This document shows positions 27,077 to 37,864 of a stretch of 64,000 bases of DNA, piece by piece; positions within the stretch are counted from its first letter, which is position 1, and the number at the start of each line of letters is the position of its first letter. The DNA is taken from NCBI GenBank assembly GCA_046329125.1, contig JAXLVD010000017.1, positions 16,048 to 80,047 of the forward strand, written 5' to 3'. The notes beneath the pieces are model-generated. The model was not told the DNA's origin and did no database searches. It saw only the letters and a list, made by a program, of their open reading frames with translations. A program made the position numbers and the translations under genes. This stretch comes from Spirosomataceae bacterium. Lineage in GTDB: Bacteria > Bacteroidota > Bacteroidia > Cytophagales > Spirosomataceae.

Positions 27077-29746
27077 TTATTCAGCTTTCAATGTCTTCAC
27101 CGGATTGACCAAAGCAGCTTTGATTGCTTGAAAACTGACCGTTGCTAACGTGATGAGCAGAGCACCAATACCCGTAGCGACAAATACCTGCCACGAGATC
27201 GAAGTACGGTAGCTATACTTGTCCAACCATTCCTGCATGGCGTACCAAGAAACGGGAGCGGCAATGAGGCAGGAGATCAACACCAACAGGACGAATTCTT
27301 TGGAGAGCATCTGCCACAAACCGGCCACGGATGCGCCTAACACTTTGCGAATACCGATCTCTTTGGTACGTTGTTCGGCCACAAACGAGGCCAGTCCAAA
27401 CAGGCCCAAACAGGAGATGAAAATCGCCAATACCGCAAATAAACTTGACAGTTTTCCAACCCGTTCTTCTGCGCTGAACTTGGCATTGTATTCGTCATCA
27501 ACAAATGTGTAATCAAACGGCGCGGCAGGGATGAGCTTCTTGAAGACCGCTTCGATTTTGGGAAGTGCCGTCGCCGCACTGACTCCCGGGTTAATTTTAA
27601 TGTTCAGCCAGTTGGGATTGCCGGCCATCAAAAAGACGGTAGGCTTCACCTGCTCAAACGGCGATTCCATGACCATGTCTTTCACAATGCCTACGATTTT
27701 GAACGGTTTTTCTACATCATTGGTCATCCATTTGCTTTTCCAATGAACAGTTTCTCCAAGGGCGACGGTCGGCGTATTTTTAGGAAAACCCATCAATCGA
27801 GCGGCGGTTTCGTTGATGATAAAACCTGCCGAGTCGGAAGCAAAAGCTTTGGAAAAATTCCGACCGGCCACAAATTCCCAACCTACCGTTTGAGCGTATT
27901 CGGGAGTGATGGAAAGCGTAGCAAAATTTTCATTTTCTAACGTTACCCCTTTTCGACTGAAACCGGTATTGGCACTCCATACGCCGGTGATCGGGCTTTG
28001 GGATTCGGCCATTTCCACCACAATGCCCGTGCTTTTCAATTCACTGCGCAATACGTCCGTTTTTCCGTAAAAATCGTTCGATTTCATTTGAACCATCAAT
28101 AATCGGTCACGCGAATAACCGATAGGGCGGTTTTTGGCGAATTGTACCTGTTGATAGATGATAATGGTACAAATAACCAAGGTGACAGAAACGGTAAATT
28201 GTAAGACTACCAATACTTTACGGGGCAAAGAGGCCATTCGCCCCCATTGCATAGCGGCTCCTTTCAATACTTTGACGGGTTGGAAAGAAGTCAAATAAAA
28301 GGCCGGGTAGCTGCCGGCCAGCAGCCCGGTCAGGAAAATAAAGCCCAAACTGAACAGCCGGAAATATAGATTGGTCAATGGCAGAGCCATTTGCTTGTCG
28401 GCCAGTTCATTGAAGCCGGGCAATGCCAACAAAACCATCACTTGGGCAATCACAAAGGCGATGATAACGACCAGAAACGATTCCCCGAAAAACTGCCCTA
28501 TCAGCTGCCCGCGCAGGGAGCCAATGGCTTTGCGAATGCCTACTTCTTTGGCCCGCTTTTCGGAACGGGCAGTGCTCAAATTCATGAAATTGATACAGGC
28601 CAACAGCAACACAAAAAAGCCGATCATCCCCACCAACCAAACGTATTGAACGGGGCCGTTATCGACCAAGCCGTTTTTGAATCGAGCGTATAAATGCCAA
28701 TCCTGCATCGGGTGAAGCCACATTTGCGGGTGGGTAGCGGCCTCTTCCTTCATGTCATCCAATCGCCTGATGGCGTTCAATTCAGAATCTTTGATCGCCG
28801 CCGTAGCCTTTTCAAAGGTCGTTTCGGGTTTGATTTCTACATACATGATCAGCGCATGATTATCCCATTTCTTTTCTTTCATGTACCGATTCGTAGCCAA
28901 AAAATATTCCCACGAAGCCACAAATTGTACTCCGGAGAAAACAGAGTTCTGCGGAAAATCCTCATAGATACCTGTTACTTTTACGTTCAGCTCAGTATTG
29001 ATTTTGAGCGGCTTATTCATGGGGTCGGTATCGCCGAACAATGCTTTGGCAACGGAAGCCGAAAGCAAAACGGATTGCGGATCGGTCAGCCCCTCCCAAC
29101 TGCCTTTTTGCATTTCAAAAGTGAACAGTTCCGGGGCTTTGGTTTCCATGAACTGCCCTTGTCCCGAAAGTTTTGTTTCGCCGGCCGTCAAAATGTATTC
29201 GTTTTTATACGTTGACGCAATGATGTGTTTAAAATTGTCGCCGTAATTGGTTTTCAGTTCGTGAATGAAAGGATAAGGCACAGACTTACTCGTTTTTATC
29301 TCTCCGTTCATTACCTGATTTTGTACTACCTGCGCGATTCGCGGGTAATTTTTATGATAGGTATTAAAGGATAATTCATCCCAAACCCACAAACCAATAA
29401 GCATCACCACGGCCATGCCGGTAGCCAATCCAAAGATATTGATGAAGGAGTAGCCTTTGTGTTTCAGTAGGTTACGAAAGGCGATTTTGAAATAGTTCTG
29501 TAACATGGTCGGGCTGTAGGAATAGGTGATTGGATAGATTGAAGGTTTTCGTTTAATATAACGGGGTTGGAAAAACCCTAATACGTCGAACCAATACCGC
29601 CACTGAGCATGGTGTAAGCCTGCTCGTCTGACTTGGTAGTCAAATTCTTCGTGCAAATCGCCTTGCACTTCCTCCAATAAATGAGGAGCGCAAAAAAAGC
29701 GCAGAAAGCGGTCTGCTAAGCGAGGCGGTTTGATGCTGGATTTCAT
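27077..29746 (-). CDS. P5: orphan double-FtsX permease, class-B prefix
   Basis: I chose the ATG at 29746 (MKSSIKPPRLADRFLRFFCAPHLLEEVQGDLHEEF). The longer ORF start at 29776 lies inside the hairpin at 29761-29790. Loops RSEKRAKEVGIRK and EQRTKEIGIRK. Confidence 0.88.
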   Translation of the reverse strand: MKSSIKPPRLADRFLRFFCAPHLLEEVQGDLHEEFDYQVRRAGLHHAQWRYWFDVLGFFQPRYIKRKPSIYPITYSYSPTMLQNYFKIAFRNLLKHKGYSFINIFGLATGMAVVMLIGLWVWDELSFNTYHKNYPRIAQVVQNQVMNGEIKTSKSVPYPFIHELKTNYGDNFKHIIASTYKNEYILTAGETKLSGQGQFMETKAPELFTFEMQKGSWEGLTDPQSVLLSASVAKALFGDTDPMNKPLKINTELNVKVTGIYEDFPQNSVFSGVQFVASWEYFLATNRYMKEKKWDNHALIMYVEIKPETTFEKATAAIKDSELNAIRRLDDMKEEAATHPQMWLHPMQDWHLYARFKNGLVDNGPVQYVWLVGMIGFFVLLLACINFMNLSTARSEKRAKEVGIRKAIGSLRGQLIGQFFGESFLVVIIAFVIAQVMVLLALPGFNELADKQMALPLTNLYFRLFSLGFIFLTGLLAGSYPAFYLTSFQPVKVLKGAAMQWGRMASLPRKVLVVLQFTVSVTLVICTIIIYQQVQFAKNRPIGYSRDRLLMVQMKSNDFYGKTDVLRSELKSTGIVVEMAESQSPITGVWSANTGFSRKGVTLENENFATLSITPEYAQTVGWEFVAGRNFSKAFASDSAGFIINETAARLMGFPKNTPTVALGETVHWKSKWMTNDVEKPFKIVGIVKDMVMESPFEQVKPTVFLMAGNPNWLNIKINPGVSAATALPKIEAVFKKLIPAAPFDYTFVDDEYNAKFSAEERVGKLSSLFAVLAIFISCLGLFGLASFVAEQRTKEIGIRKVLGASVAGLWQMLSKEFVLLVLISCLIAAPVSWYAMQEWLDKYSYRTSISWQVFVATGIGALLITLATVSFQAIKAALVNPVKTLKAE

Positions 29747-29760
29747 GATTTCTGTAATCA

Positions 29761-29790
29761 TGTAGAGCCGAAACATTTTGCGGCTCTACA
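29761..29790 (-). repeat. Intercistronic hairpin (P6/P5 junction)
   Basis: TGTAGAGCCG - AAACATTTTG - CGGCTCTACA: a perfect 10-bp stem, homologous to the element at 18415-18479. Confidence 0.55.
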
Positions 29791-29798
29791 AAGGGGGA

Positions 29799-32426
29799 TT
29801 ATTCAGATCGTAAACTCTTTACCGGATTGGTCAATGCCGCACGAATGGCCTGATAACTGACCGTTGCCAAAGTGATGAGCAAAGCGCCTGCGGCCGATAC
29901 GCCAAATACCCACCAACTGATGTCAGTACGATATTCATATTTTTGAACCCATTCATCCATAAAATAATAAGCAATTGGGGAAGAGATCAGGCAGGAGATG
30001 ATGACCAACAGGACAAAGTCTTTGGAAAGCAACCCCCACAAATTGGGAACGGTCGCTCCCAATACTTTGCGAATGCCGATCTCTTTGGTACGTTGTTCGG
30101 CCACAAACGACGCCAAGCCGAACAGACCCAAGCAGGAAATGAAAATGGCGAGAATGGCGAAGAAGGTAGCCAATTTGCCGATGCGCTCTTCATCGCTGAA
30201 TTTTCGGGCGTACTCATCATCTGAAAATTTGTACTCAAACGGAGCTGAAGGGTTGTGTTTTTTGAAAACAACCTCAAGTTTGGCTAACGCTTCGCGCGAA
30301 CTGACGGCAGGATTGATTTTGAGATTAATGACGCTCAAATCGTTATAATCCATTACAAAAGAGGTGCGGAAAACAGGGCTGTACGGCGATTGCATTACCA
30401 GATCTTTCACTACACCAATGACTTGATAGGACCTCTCATTGATCTTTACGATTTCGCCGATGGGCTTTTTGAGGCCCATAAATTTGACAGCCGTTTCGTT
30501 CAGGATGATTGCCGAAGAATCCGTCGCAAATTCTCTTGAAAAATCGCGCCCTTCTTTAAATTCCCAACCAATGGTTTTGCCAAAATCGTGCGTAACGGAT
30601 ACGGCTGCGAAATTGCCCTGAATGGAAGGGTCTTTGCCCCGCCAATCATAGCCGTTGTTGATCGCCCAAACAGAAGTGATCGGGCCGGACGACTCTGACA
30701 TTTCAGTGACGGTTCCCGTTTTCAGAATATCATTTCTCAAAACATCGTAATGGCCTGCAAGGTCAGGGGTGTTGATGGGCACCGTCAGTAGTCCGTCGCG
30801 GCTGTAACCGATAGGGCGGTTTTTAGCGTGTTGGATTTGACGGAAGACAACAATCGTTCCGATAATGAGCGTGACAGAAACCGTGAATTGAACCACCACC
30901 AACACTTTACGGGGAACAGCCGCAAAACGCCCCACTCGGAAGGTTCCTTTCAGCACTTTAATGGGTTGAAATGAAGACAGATACAACGCCGGATAGCTGC
31001 CGGCAATCAAACCCGTTACTAAAGTAAAACCGATGCCCAACAACCAAAACAACGGATTTGTCCACAAAATGGACAACTGCTTGTCGGCCACTTCGTTGAA
31101 CATTGGCAAAATCAATTGTACCAATAATAAAGACAACACAAAAGCAACGACAACCACGAGCAGCGATTCACTGAAAAACTGATTGATCAACTGCCCGCGC
31201 ACTGACCCGACCGCTTTGCGAATCCCTACTTCTTTGGCGCGCTTTTCACTTCTGGCCGTACTCAAATTCATGAAATTGATACAGGCCAACAGCAGCACAA
31301 AAACCCCGACAATGCCGAACAACCACACAAATTCAATGCGTCCTCCTGTATTTAACCCGTTTTTAAATTCCGAATACAAATGCCATCGGCTCATCGGATG
31401 CAGGAAAACTATGGGCTTGAAAGGTCTTTCTTCGGGGCGTATTTTGTTGAATTTTACGTTTTTGATTTTGGCCGAAACCTGAGCCATGTCGGCATTATCG
31501 GCCAATTGTGCGTAAGTTTGAGTAAAATTGCTGCGCCACGGATTGGTTTTTTCCCTGATCCACGGATTGCTGTCGAGGTACAATTCCCAAGGCAGAATGA
31601 ATGATAAATCCTTGAAATCGGAATTGTAGGGCAAGTCTGCATATACACCCGTTACCTTCACGTTCAGTTTGTTATCCACTTTCATGATTTTTCCTACGGG
31701 ATCGGCATCGCCGAAATATGCTTTGGCTACCGACTCGGAAAGCAGAATGGAATTCATGTCTTTCAATCCTGACCGCGTTCCCTGAAGCATTTTCAGGCTC
31801 AACATTTCGGTTATGGACGGTTCAAAGAAATTACCGGTTTTGGTCAGTTTTTTCTCTTCAAAAGTCAGCAGGTGATCTCCCGTCCACGATGACTGTACCA
31901 CGTATTTGAACGGTCCGTCGTTACGGTCGCTGCCGTACTTATCCAATAGTTCCGGACCCATCAGATACGGGTTGGCGGTTTGGGTATTGACTACCCCGTC
32001 AAACGTTTGATGTTGCATTACCTGAGCGATGCGCTCGTAATTGGGGTAGCTTTTGTTGTAAGCCAGTTCATCATACATCCACAAACCGATGAGCATCGCC
32101 ACGGCCATACCCGTAGCTAAACCGGAGATGTTGATGAAGGAGTAACCTTTGTGTTTCAATAGGTTACGAAAAGCGATTTTAAAATAGTTGCTTAGCATAT
32201 TGAGGCTGATTAAATAGGTTGTTGGATAAGGAGAAGGTTTTCTTTTGATATAACGCGGCTGAAAAAAGCCTAACACATCGCGCCAATAGCGCCATCGGGC
32301 GTGTCGCACACCGACTCGTTTGACTTGATAATCAAACTCTTCGTGCAAATCTCCCTGCACTTCTTCCAACAAGTGAGGAGCGCAGAAGAAATTGAGGAAT
32401 TTATCGGCTAAGCGAGGCGGTTTCAT
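29799..32426 (-). CDS. P6: orphan double-FtsX permease, class-B prefix
   Basis: 875 aa. MKPPRLADKFLNFFCAPHLLEEVQGDLHEEF. Loops RSEKRAKEVGIRK and EQRTKEIGIRK. C-terminus NPVKSLRSE. Confidence 0.9.
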   Translation of the reverse strand: MKPPRLADKFLNFFCAPHLLEEVQGDLHEEFDYQVKRVGVRHARWRYWRDVLGFFQPRYIKRKPSPYPTTYLISLNMLSNYFKIAFRNLLKHKGYSFINISGLATGMAVAMLIGLWMYDELAYNKSYPNYERIAQVMQHQTFDGVVNTQTANPYLMGPELLDKYGSDRNDGPFKYVVQSSWTGDHLLTFEEKKLTKTGNFFEPSITEMLSLKMLQGTRSGLKDMNSILLSESVAKAYFGDADPVGKIMKVDNKLNVKVTGVYADLPYNSDFKDLSFILPWELYLDSNPWIREKTNPWRSNFTQTYAQLADNADMAQVSAKIKNVKFNKIRPEERPFKPIVFLHPMSRWHLYSEFKNGLNTGGRIEFVWLFGIVGVFVLLLACINFMNLSTARSEKRAKEVGIRKAVGSVRGQLINQFFSESLLVVVVAFVLSLLLVQLILPMFNEVADKQLSILWTNPLFWLLGIGFTLVTGLIAGSYPALYLSSFQPIKVLKGTFRVGRFAAVPRKVLVVVQFTVSVTLIIGTIVVFRQIQHAKNRPIGYSRDGLLTVPINTPDLAGHYDVLRNDILKTGTVTEMSESSGPITSVWAINNGYDWRGKDPSIQGNFAAVSVTHDFGKTIGWEFKEGRDFSREFATDSSAIILNETAVKFMGLKKPIGEIVKINERSYQVIGVVKDLVMQSPYSPVFRTSFVMDYNDLSVINLKINPAVSSREALAKLEVVFKKHNPSAPFEYKFSDDEYARKFSDEERIGKLATFFAILAIFISCLGLFGLASFVAEQRTKEIGIRKVLGATVPNLWGLLSKDFVLLVIISCLISSPIAYYFMDEWVQKYEYRTDISWWVFGVSAAGALLITLATVSYQAIRAALTNPVKSLRSE

Positions 32427-32433
32427 GGCTTTG

Positions 32434-32497
32434 GGAGATGAAAGTGTAAAGAGAAAGTGGAAGGATTACTTTACCCTTTTACCCTTGCACGTTACAC
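32434..32497 (-). repeat. Intercistronic GTGAAAG/GTGTAAAG hairpin-family element (P7/P6 junction)
   Basis: GATGAAAGTGTAAAGAGAAAGTGGAAGG ... CTTTACCCTTTTACCCTTGCACGTTACAC. The 5' flank CATGGCTTTGGGAG is shared with the P12 and P13 junctions. Confidence 0.45.
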
Positions 32498-32503
32498 ATT
32501 TTC

Positions 32504-35119
32504 TTATTCGGTTTTCAAACTTTTTATAGGATTGACCAAAGCGGCTTTAACGGCTTGAAAACTGACCGTCAATAAGGTAATGCTAACGGCAAGGATGGCT
32601 GTACCCACAAAGATCCACCACGAAATTTCGGTGCGATAGCTGTATTGTTGCAACCAGCCGTTCATAAAATAATACGCTGCGGGCGAGGCAACGAAGAGCG
32701 AAATAAGCACCAGCAGCACAAATTCTTTGGACAATAATCCCCACAGATTTGGCACAGACGCCCCCAATACTTTGCGAATTCCGATCTCTTTGGTGCGCTG
32801 TTCGGCCACAAACGACGCCAACCCAAATAAGCCCAAACAGGAAATAAAAATGGCAAGGGCGGCAAATAGCCCTGACAGCGTTTTGGTGCGTTGTTCGTTT
32901 TCAAACTGACGGGCGTATTCCTGATCTACGAATTGATAATCAAATGGATAAGCACTATTGTATTTTTTGAAAACCTGTTCGGCTTTGGCGAGATTGTCGG
33001 ATGTAGAAGGGGCGGAATTCAATTTGATATGCATGGTATTGAACGATGCACCCGGTCCTTCTATCACAATAGGTGGAATGTCTTCATAAGGTGAGCCTGT
33101 CACGTAATCTTTCACCACACCCACTACCTGCCATTGGGTTTTTGTGTCTTTGGTGAAAATCAGTTGCCCTATCGGATTTTTGAAACCCATCAATTTCACG
33201 GCGGTTTCATTTAAAAGCACCGAGAAACTGTCGGTAGGGTATTTTGTAATGTCAATGTCTCGCCCTTCGAGCAGTTTGAGATCGGCTGTTTTTACAAAAT
33301 CAGCGTCTGAACTGAATAAAGTAATGGTGGTGTTGGTATCTTTTGGCGCTTCTCCCGGCCATCTTAATCCCCAGCTATGCCAACCGCCTTCTGTTATTCC
33401 GCACATGGTTTTGGTCACGGAGGTTACGCTCCCCGAATTGATCAATTCCTGCTTGATGAGCGAATAATTCTTTTCAATATCACCCACAAAATTGACATGG
33501 ATCAAGTTGTTTTTTGAATAACCCATGTCCCTGCTTTGCGCATGCTCTATCTGATTTCTGACTACCACGGTAGAAATAATGAGCAGAATAGCAAAAGTGA
33601 ATTGCACCACTACCAGTACTTTACGGGGCGAAACGGCAGCCTGACTCTTTTTGAATTGCTTTTTGAAAATGCCGATAGGATTAAAAGAAGAAAGATAAAA
33701 TGCCGGATAACTTCCTGCCAATAAACTCGTTAATATCAAAAATGTCAGCACCCAAAACCAATAGGAGCCATTGGAGTAAGGAATAACAAGTTCGGTATTG
33801 ATAAGGGTATTGAAAAAAGGCAAGGCAAACTGTACAATCAACAGTGACAGGATACCCGCAATGCCGGCTGTCAGAAAGGCTTCCATCATAAATTGGCCTA
33901 CCAGCAATCCTTTACCGGCACCCGCTGCTTTGCGGATACCTATCTCTTTGGCACGTTTTTCACTTCGGGCCGTACTCAGATTCATGAAATTGATGCAGGC
34001 GATCAACAGAATAAAAGCAGCGATCAACCCAAACGTCCGAACCGTTTCGATACGTCCGCCAACGGATTTCCCATTTTCGAACTTAGAATATAAATGCCAT
34101 TGACTCAGCGGAAAGGTAAAATGTGTCCATACATCGTAGCGGCCGGCATAGCGGCGTGTCATGTCTTTGATTTTTGCATCAAAGGCTGCGGCATTGGTAT
34201 TGGGTTTCAGTAGTACGTACGTAGAGGTACTGTTGCTGAGCCAACTTTCGTTATTATACCCTCCGCCGCGTTTTTTCAAATAATCCCAAGGCAGTAAATA
34301 TTCAAAGGAAAAGTCGGTATTAGGCGGGAGGGCTTTTAAAATGCCGGTCACGATGAAATTGTCTGCTACATCAATCTGAATGGTTTTGTTCAGCGCGTCT
34401 TCTTCTCCGAAAAGCTTTTGAGCGAGTTTTTCAGTGATCACAATGGAATGAAGGTTGTCCAATTGCTTGTTTCCCGCTCCTTTTACCAAAGGAAAACTGA
34501 ACAGTTGGAGAAAAGAAGGGTCCACCACATATCCTTCGATGCCGGTAATACTTTTATCGTTGGCCGTGAGCAAAAAGCTGTTGATTCCCCTGACACGAGT
34601 GACGGCTTCCACTTCCGGATAATCTTTTTTCAGGGCCGGTCCCAATGGTTGGGACGTGACCGGAATCGCAAACGCTTCGCCGTCTACGTTGCCTGATAAG
34701 CCATATATTTGATAGACTCGATCTTTATTGGCGTGAAAAGTATCAAAACTGATTTCGTTCTGTAACCACAACAAAATCAGGCAGGTACCTGCCATTCCGA
34801 TGGAAAGTCCGAAAATGTTAATAAAAGAAAAGCTTTTTCCGGCAACCAAATTGCGCCAAGCGATTTTGAAATAACTGCGTATCATGTTTAGGCTGATTAA
34901 ATAGATTTTAGGGTATGTCGTCGGCTTCCTTTTGATATATCTTGGTTTTACAAACCCCAATAACTCCCACCAATACAACCACCGAGCGCGCTGTAAGCCA
35001 ATGCGGTTGATTTGATAATTGAACTCTTCTTGCAGATCACCCTGCACCTCCTCCAACAAATGAGGAGCGCAGAAGAAACGCAGAAAGTGGTCGGTGAGGA
35101 AAGGAGGTTTGTGTTGCAT
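32504..35119 (-). CDS. P7: orphan double-FtsX permease, class-B prefix
   Basis: 871 aa. PPFLTDHFLRFFCAPHLLEEVQGDLQEEF. Loops RSEKRAKEIGIRK and EQRTKEIGIRK. Confidence 0.9.
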   Translation of the reverse strand: MQHKPPFLTDHFLRFFCAPHLLEEVQGDLQEEFNYQINRIGLQRARWLYWWELLGFVKPRYIKRKPTTYPKIYLISLNMIRSYFKIAWRNLVAGKSFSFINIFGLSIGMAGTCLILLWLQNEISFDTFHANKDRVYQIYGLSGNVDGEAFAIPVTSQPLGPALKKDYPEVEAVTRVRGINSFLLTANDKSITGIEGYVVDPSFLQLFSFPLVKGAGNKQLDNLHSIVITEKLAQKLFGEEDALNKTIQIDVADNFIVTGILKALPPNTDFSFEYLLPWDYLKKRGGGYNNESWLSNSTSTYVLLKPNTNAAAFDAKIKDMTRRYAGRYDVWTHFTFPLSQWHLYSKFENGKSVGGRIETVRTFGLIAAFILLIACINFMNLSTARSEKRAKEIGIRKAAGAGKGLLVGQFMMEAFLTAGIAGILSLLIVQFALPFFNTLINTELVIPYSNGSYWFWVLTFLILTSLLAGSYPAFYLSSFNPIGIFKKQFKKSQAAVSPRKVLVVVQFTFAILLIISTVVVRNQIEHAQSRDMGYSKNNLIHVNFVGDIEKNYSLIKQELINSGSVTSVTKTMCGITEGGWHSWGLRWPGEAPKDTNTTITLFSSDADFVKTADLKLLEGRDIDITKYPTDSFSVLLNETAVKLMGFKNPIGQLIFTKDTKTQWQVVGVVKDYVTGSPYEDIPPIVIEGPGASFNTMHIKLNSAPSTSDNLAKAEQVFKKYNSAYPFDYQFVDQEYARQFENEQRTKTLSGLFAALAIFISCLGLFGLASFVAEQRTKEIGIRKVLGASVPNLWGLLSKEFVLLVLISLFVASPAAYYFMNGWLQQYSYRTEISWWIFVGTAILAVSITLLTVSFQAVKAALVNPIKSLKTE

Positions 35120-35130
35120 AGGTTTTCATG

Positions 35131-35230
35131 GCAACTGCATAAGCACATAGGCCACATAGGGCTGAACTTGGTTCAGCAGTCCGCTTGAGCATAGCTCAAA
35201 ACTATGTGTTCTATCTGTCTATGTGGTTGC
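35131..35230 (-). repeat. Multi-stem structured intercistronic element (P8/P7 junction)
   Basis: GCAAC..GTTGC (35131/35226). CACATAG x2 (35144, 35153) facing CTATGTG x2 (35202, 35219). Internal palindromes CTGAAC-TT-GGTTCAG (35162-35176) and TTGAGC-ATA-GCTCAA (35185-35199). Confidence 0.5.
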
Positions 35231-35232
35231 AT

Positions 35233-37860
35233 TTATTCTGTTTTCAGACTCTTTACCGGATTCATCAAAGCTGCTTTAATCGCTTGAAAGCTAACCGTCA
35301 ACAATGAAATTCCAAGCGCTGAAAGGCCTGCCAACGCAAAAATCCACCATTCAATGCCGATGCGGTATTCAAAATCCTGCAACCATTGGCTCAGTCCGTA
35401 GTGAGCCAAGGGAAACGCAATGCCGTTGGCGATCAACACCAATTTGATAAAATCTTTAGACAGCAAACCGGTGATGCTTGCTACGGAGGCACCCAATACT
35501 TTTCGGATACCGATTTCTTTGATGCGTTGCTCGGCCATAAAGGTGACCAATCCGAATAATCCCAAACAGGCAATTAAGATCGCAAGGATGGAAAAGCTTA
35601 AAAGCAGTTGTCCGGTTCGTTGTTCGACGGCATATTGACGCTCCAAATCCTGATTGACAAATCCGTAACTGAAGGGATGATTAGGTTCCAATATTTTATA
35701 AATACGGGCGATGTCGGCCAATGCTTGTTGTGTTTGACCGGGACGGGTTTTAATTAATAAATTGAAGTAGAATTCTTTAGGTCGAAAACGAACAATAAAC
35801 GGTTCAATTTTGACACTCATCGGTCGAAAATGAAAATCGCGTAATACACCTGCAATGACTCCGTCCAAACCCCAAAAATTCACTTTCTTACCAAGCGCCT
35901 GTTGGGGCGTCCAACCCATGCGTTTAGCGGCAGTTTCGTTGATGAGATACGTCCCGAATTTATCACTCGTATCGCTTGCAACGGCGGCAGAAAAGTTGCG
36001 CCCGGCGGCCAATGTCATGCCCGTCGTTTTCAGAAAATCGGCGTCAACGTTCATTTGGGTGATCAAAAATTCATCTTCGGGAGCCTTTCCAACCCATTCG
36101 ATTTTCGAACTGTTTTGCATATTCACCAACGTACTTGTGGTCGCTGAAATGGAGGCAATACTGCTCTGTTTGATCAGTAATTCTTTCAACATCAGGGCTT
36201 TTTGACGCAAATCACCTTTAAGGCGCACATACAGCAACTGCTCTTTATCAAAGCCCAAGTTTTTGTTTTGCATGAATTGTAACTGTCGGTACAAACCGAC
36301 CGTACCGATGATCAAAACGATGGACATCACAAACTGAGTCACAACCAATGTTTCCCGAAAACCTGCGCCTGATTTCCGGTCAAAAACACCTTTCAACACG
36401 CTGACCGGACGGAACGAAGAAAGATAAAAGGCGGGATACAGCCCGGTCAAAAAACTGATAAACAGTAACACACCGGTCATGGAAGCCCAAAACAGCGGCT
36501 GTCGGAAAGGTACTGTCATTATTTTACCGGACAACTCATTGAAAAAAGGCATCAGTAGGTTAAGCAGCAGCAATCCACCCCCCAAGGCCAAACCGGTCAT
36601 TAACAGCGACTCACCCCAAAACTGAGCAATCAGGCCGGAGCGTAAGGCACCCACGCTTTTACGAACGCCCACTTCCCGTGCCCGTTGTGTGGCCCGTGCG
36701 GTTGATAAATTGACGAAATTGAACAGGGCAATGAGTAACACGATCAACCCCACGACAATGAAAATCCGGACGTAGCGGATATTACCGTGTTTGCCCCAAT
36801 CCGTTCCGAAATCGAAGTCAGAATGTAAATGAATATCTTGCAAAGGTTGCAGTAAAAGCGGTGTTTCGTTTCCCTTATCGTATTTTTTTAACTGTCCTGC
36901 CAATTTTAGCGCAAAAGCAGTCACGTCGGCATCGGGTCTGATTTTAAGGTAGGTGTGGTAATTGTTGCTGTTCCAATTGTAACTCCATTTGTCATTCAGT
37001 TCAAAATAAATAAAGGGCAACAACACATCATATTGAAGATGCGAACGGGCCGGCGTGTTTTCAATGATACCCGTCAAACGAACCGGTCGTTCCCGATTGT
37101 ATTGAATGGTTTTTCCTAAAACAGACTGAGAGCGCCAGTCTTTGCCAAAAAAACGTTCGGCCACGGCTTCACTGATCACGACTTCATCGGGCGAAGATAA
37201 AACGGTTTGGGGGTTACCTTTTAAAAGCTTGACTCCAAAAAAGGATAAAAAAGAAGCATCGGTCACCCGCATAGCTTCAGGCTCGACGGCCGTTTGTCCG
37301 TATTGGAGCAGTCCGGGCCATGCTCCGATGCGGACCGTTTCGGTGATTTCAGGAAAATCATTTTTGAGCGCGGGGGCCAGCGGGCCGGGCGTAACGGCAA
37401 TCTCATAAAGACCGTCCGCTTGTTTTTGCCTCTCAGTTATCCGAAAGGTATGTTCAAGTTGCGGCACGGCACGGTCGTATTGATATTCATCCCATACATA
37501 CAGGCCAATAGCCATACAACAGACCAAACCGATGGCCAGTCCGGTGATGTTAATGAGAGAGAACGTGCGGTGTTTCAGAAGGTTACGAACGGCGATTTTG
37601 AAATAATTCTGTAACATACTCGGGCTGTATAGATATGTTGTCGGATACGGACTTTTGGGACGTTTTATGTAGCGAGGTTGAAAAAAGCCCGACACATCGC
37701 GCCAATAACACCACCGGGCGCGTTGTAAACCGACTCGTTTGACTTGATACTCAAACTCTTCGTGCAAATCGCCCTGCACTTCTTCCAATAAGTGAGGAGC
37801 GCAGAACCATCGAAGGAAGCGGTCGGCTAAGCGGGGCGGTCTCGCGATTTGGGGCTTCAT
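35233..37860 (-). CDS. P8: orphan double-FtsX permease, class-B prefix
   Basis: 875 aa. PPRLADRFLRWFCAPHLLEEVQGDLHEEF. Loops RATQRAREVGVRK and EQRIKEIGIRK. Its ATG lies 4 nt after the R2 stop. Confidence 0.9.
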   Translation of the reverse strand: MKPQIARPPRLADRFLRWFCAPHLLEEVQGDLHEEFEYQVKRVGLQRARWCYWRDVSGFFQPRYIKRPKSPYPTTYLYSPSMLQNYFKIAVRNLLKHRTFSLINITGLAIGLVCCMAIGLYVWDEYQYDRAVPQLEHTFRITERQKQADGLYEIAVTPGPLAPALKNDFPEITETVRIGAWPGLLQYGQTAVEPEAMRVTDASFLSFFGVKLLKGNPQTVLSSPDEVVISEAVAERFFGKDWRSQSVLGKTIQYNRERPVRLTGIIENTPARSHLQYDVLLPFIYFELNDKWSYNWNSNNYHTYLKIRPDADVTAFALKLAGQLKKYDKGNETPLLLQPLQDIHLHSDFDFGTDWGKHGNIRYVRIFIVVGLIVLLIALFNFVNLSTARATQRAREVGVRKSVGALRSGLIAQFWGESLLMTGLALGGGLLLLNLLMPFFNELSGKIMTVPFRQPLFWASMTGVLLFISFLTGLYPAFYLSSFRPVSVLKGVFDRKSGAGFRETLVVTQFVMSIVLIIGTVGLYRQLQFMQNKNLGFDKEQLLYVRLKGDLRQKALMLKELLIKQSSIASISATTSTLVNMQNSSKIEWVGKAPEDEFLITQMNVDADFLKTTGMTLAAGRNFSAAVASDTSDKFGTYLINETAAKRMGWTPQQALGKKVNFWGLDGVIAGVLRDFHFRPMSVKIEPFIVRFRPKEFYFNLLIKTRPGQTQQALADIARIYKILEPNHPFSYGFVNQDLERQYAVEQRTGQLLLSFSILAILIACLGLFGLVTFMAEQRIKEIGIRKVLGASVASITGLLSKDFIKLVLIANGIAFPLAHYGLSQWLQDFEYRIGIEWWIFALAGLSALGISLLTVSFQAIKAALMNPVKSLKTE

Positions 37861-37864
37861 CTTT

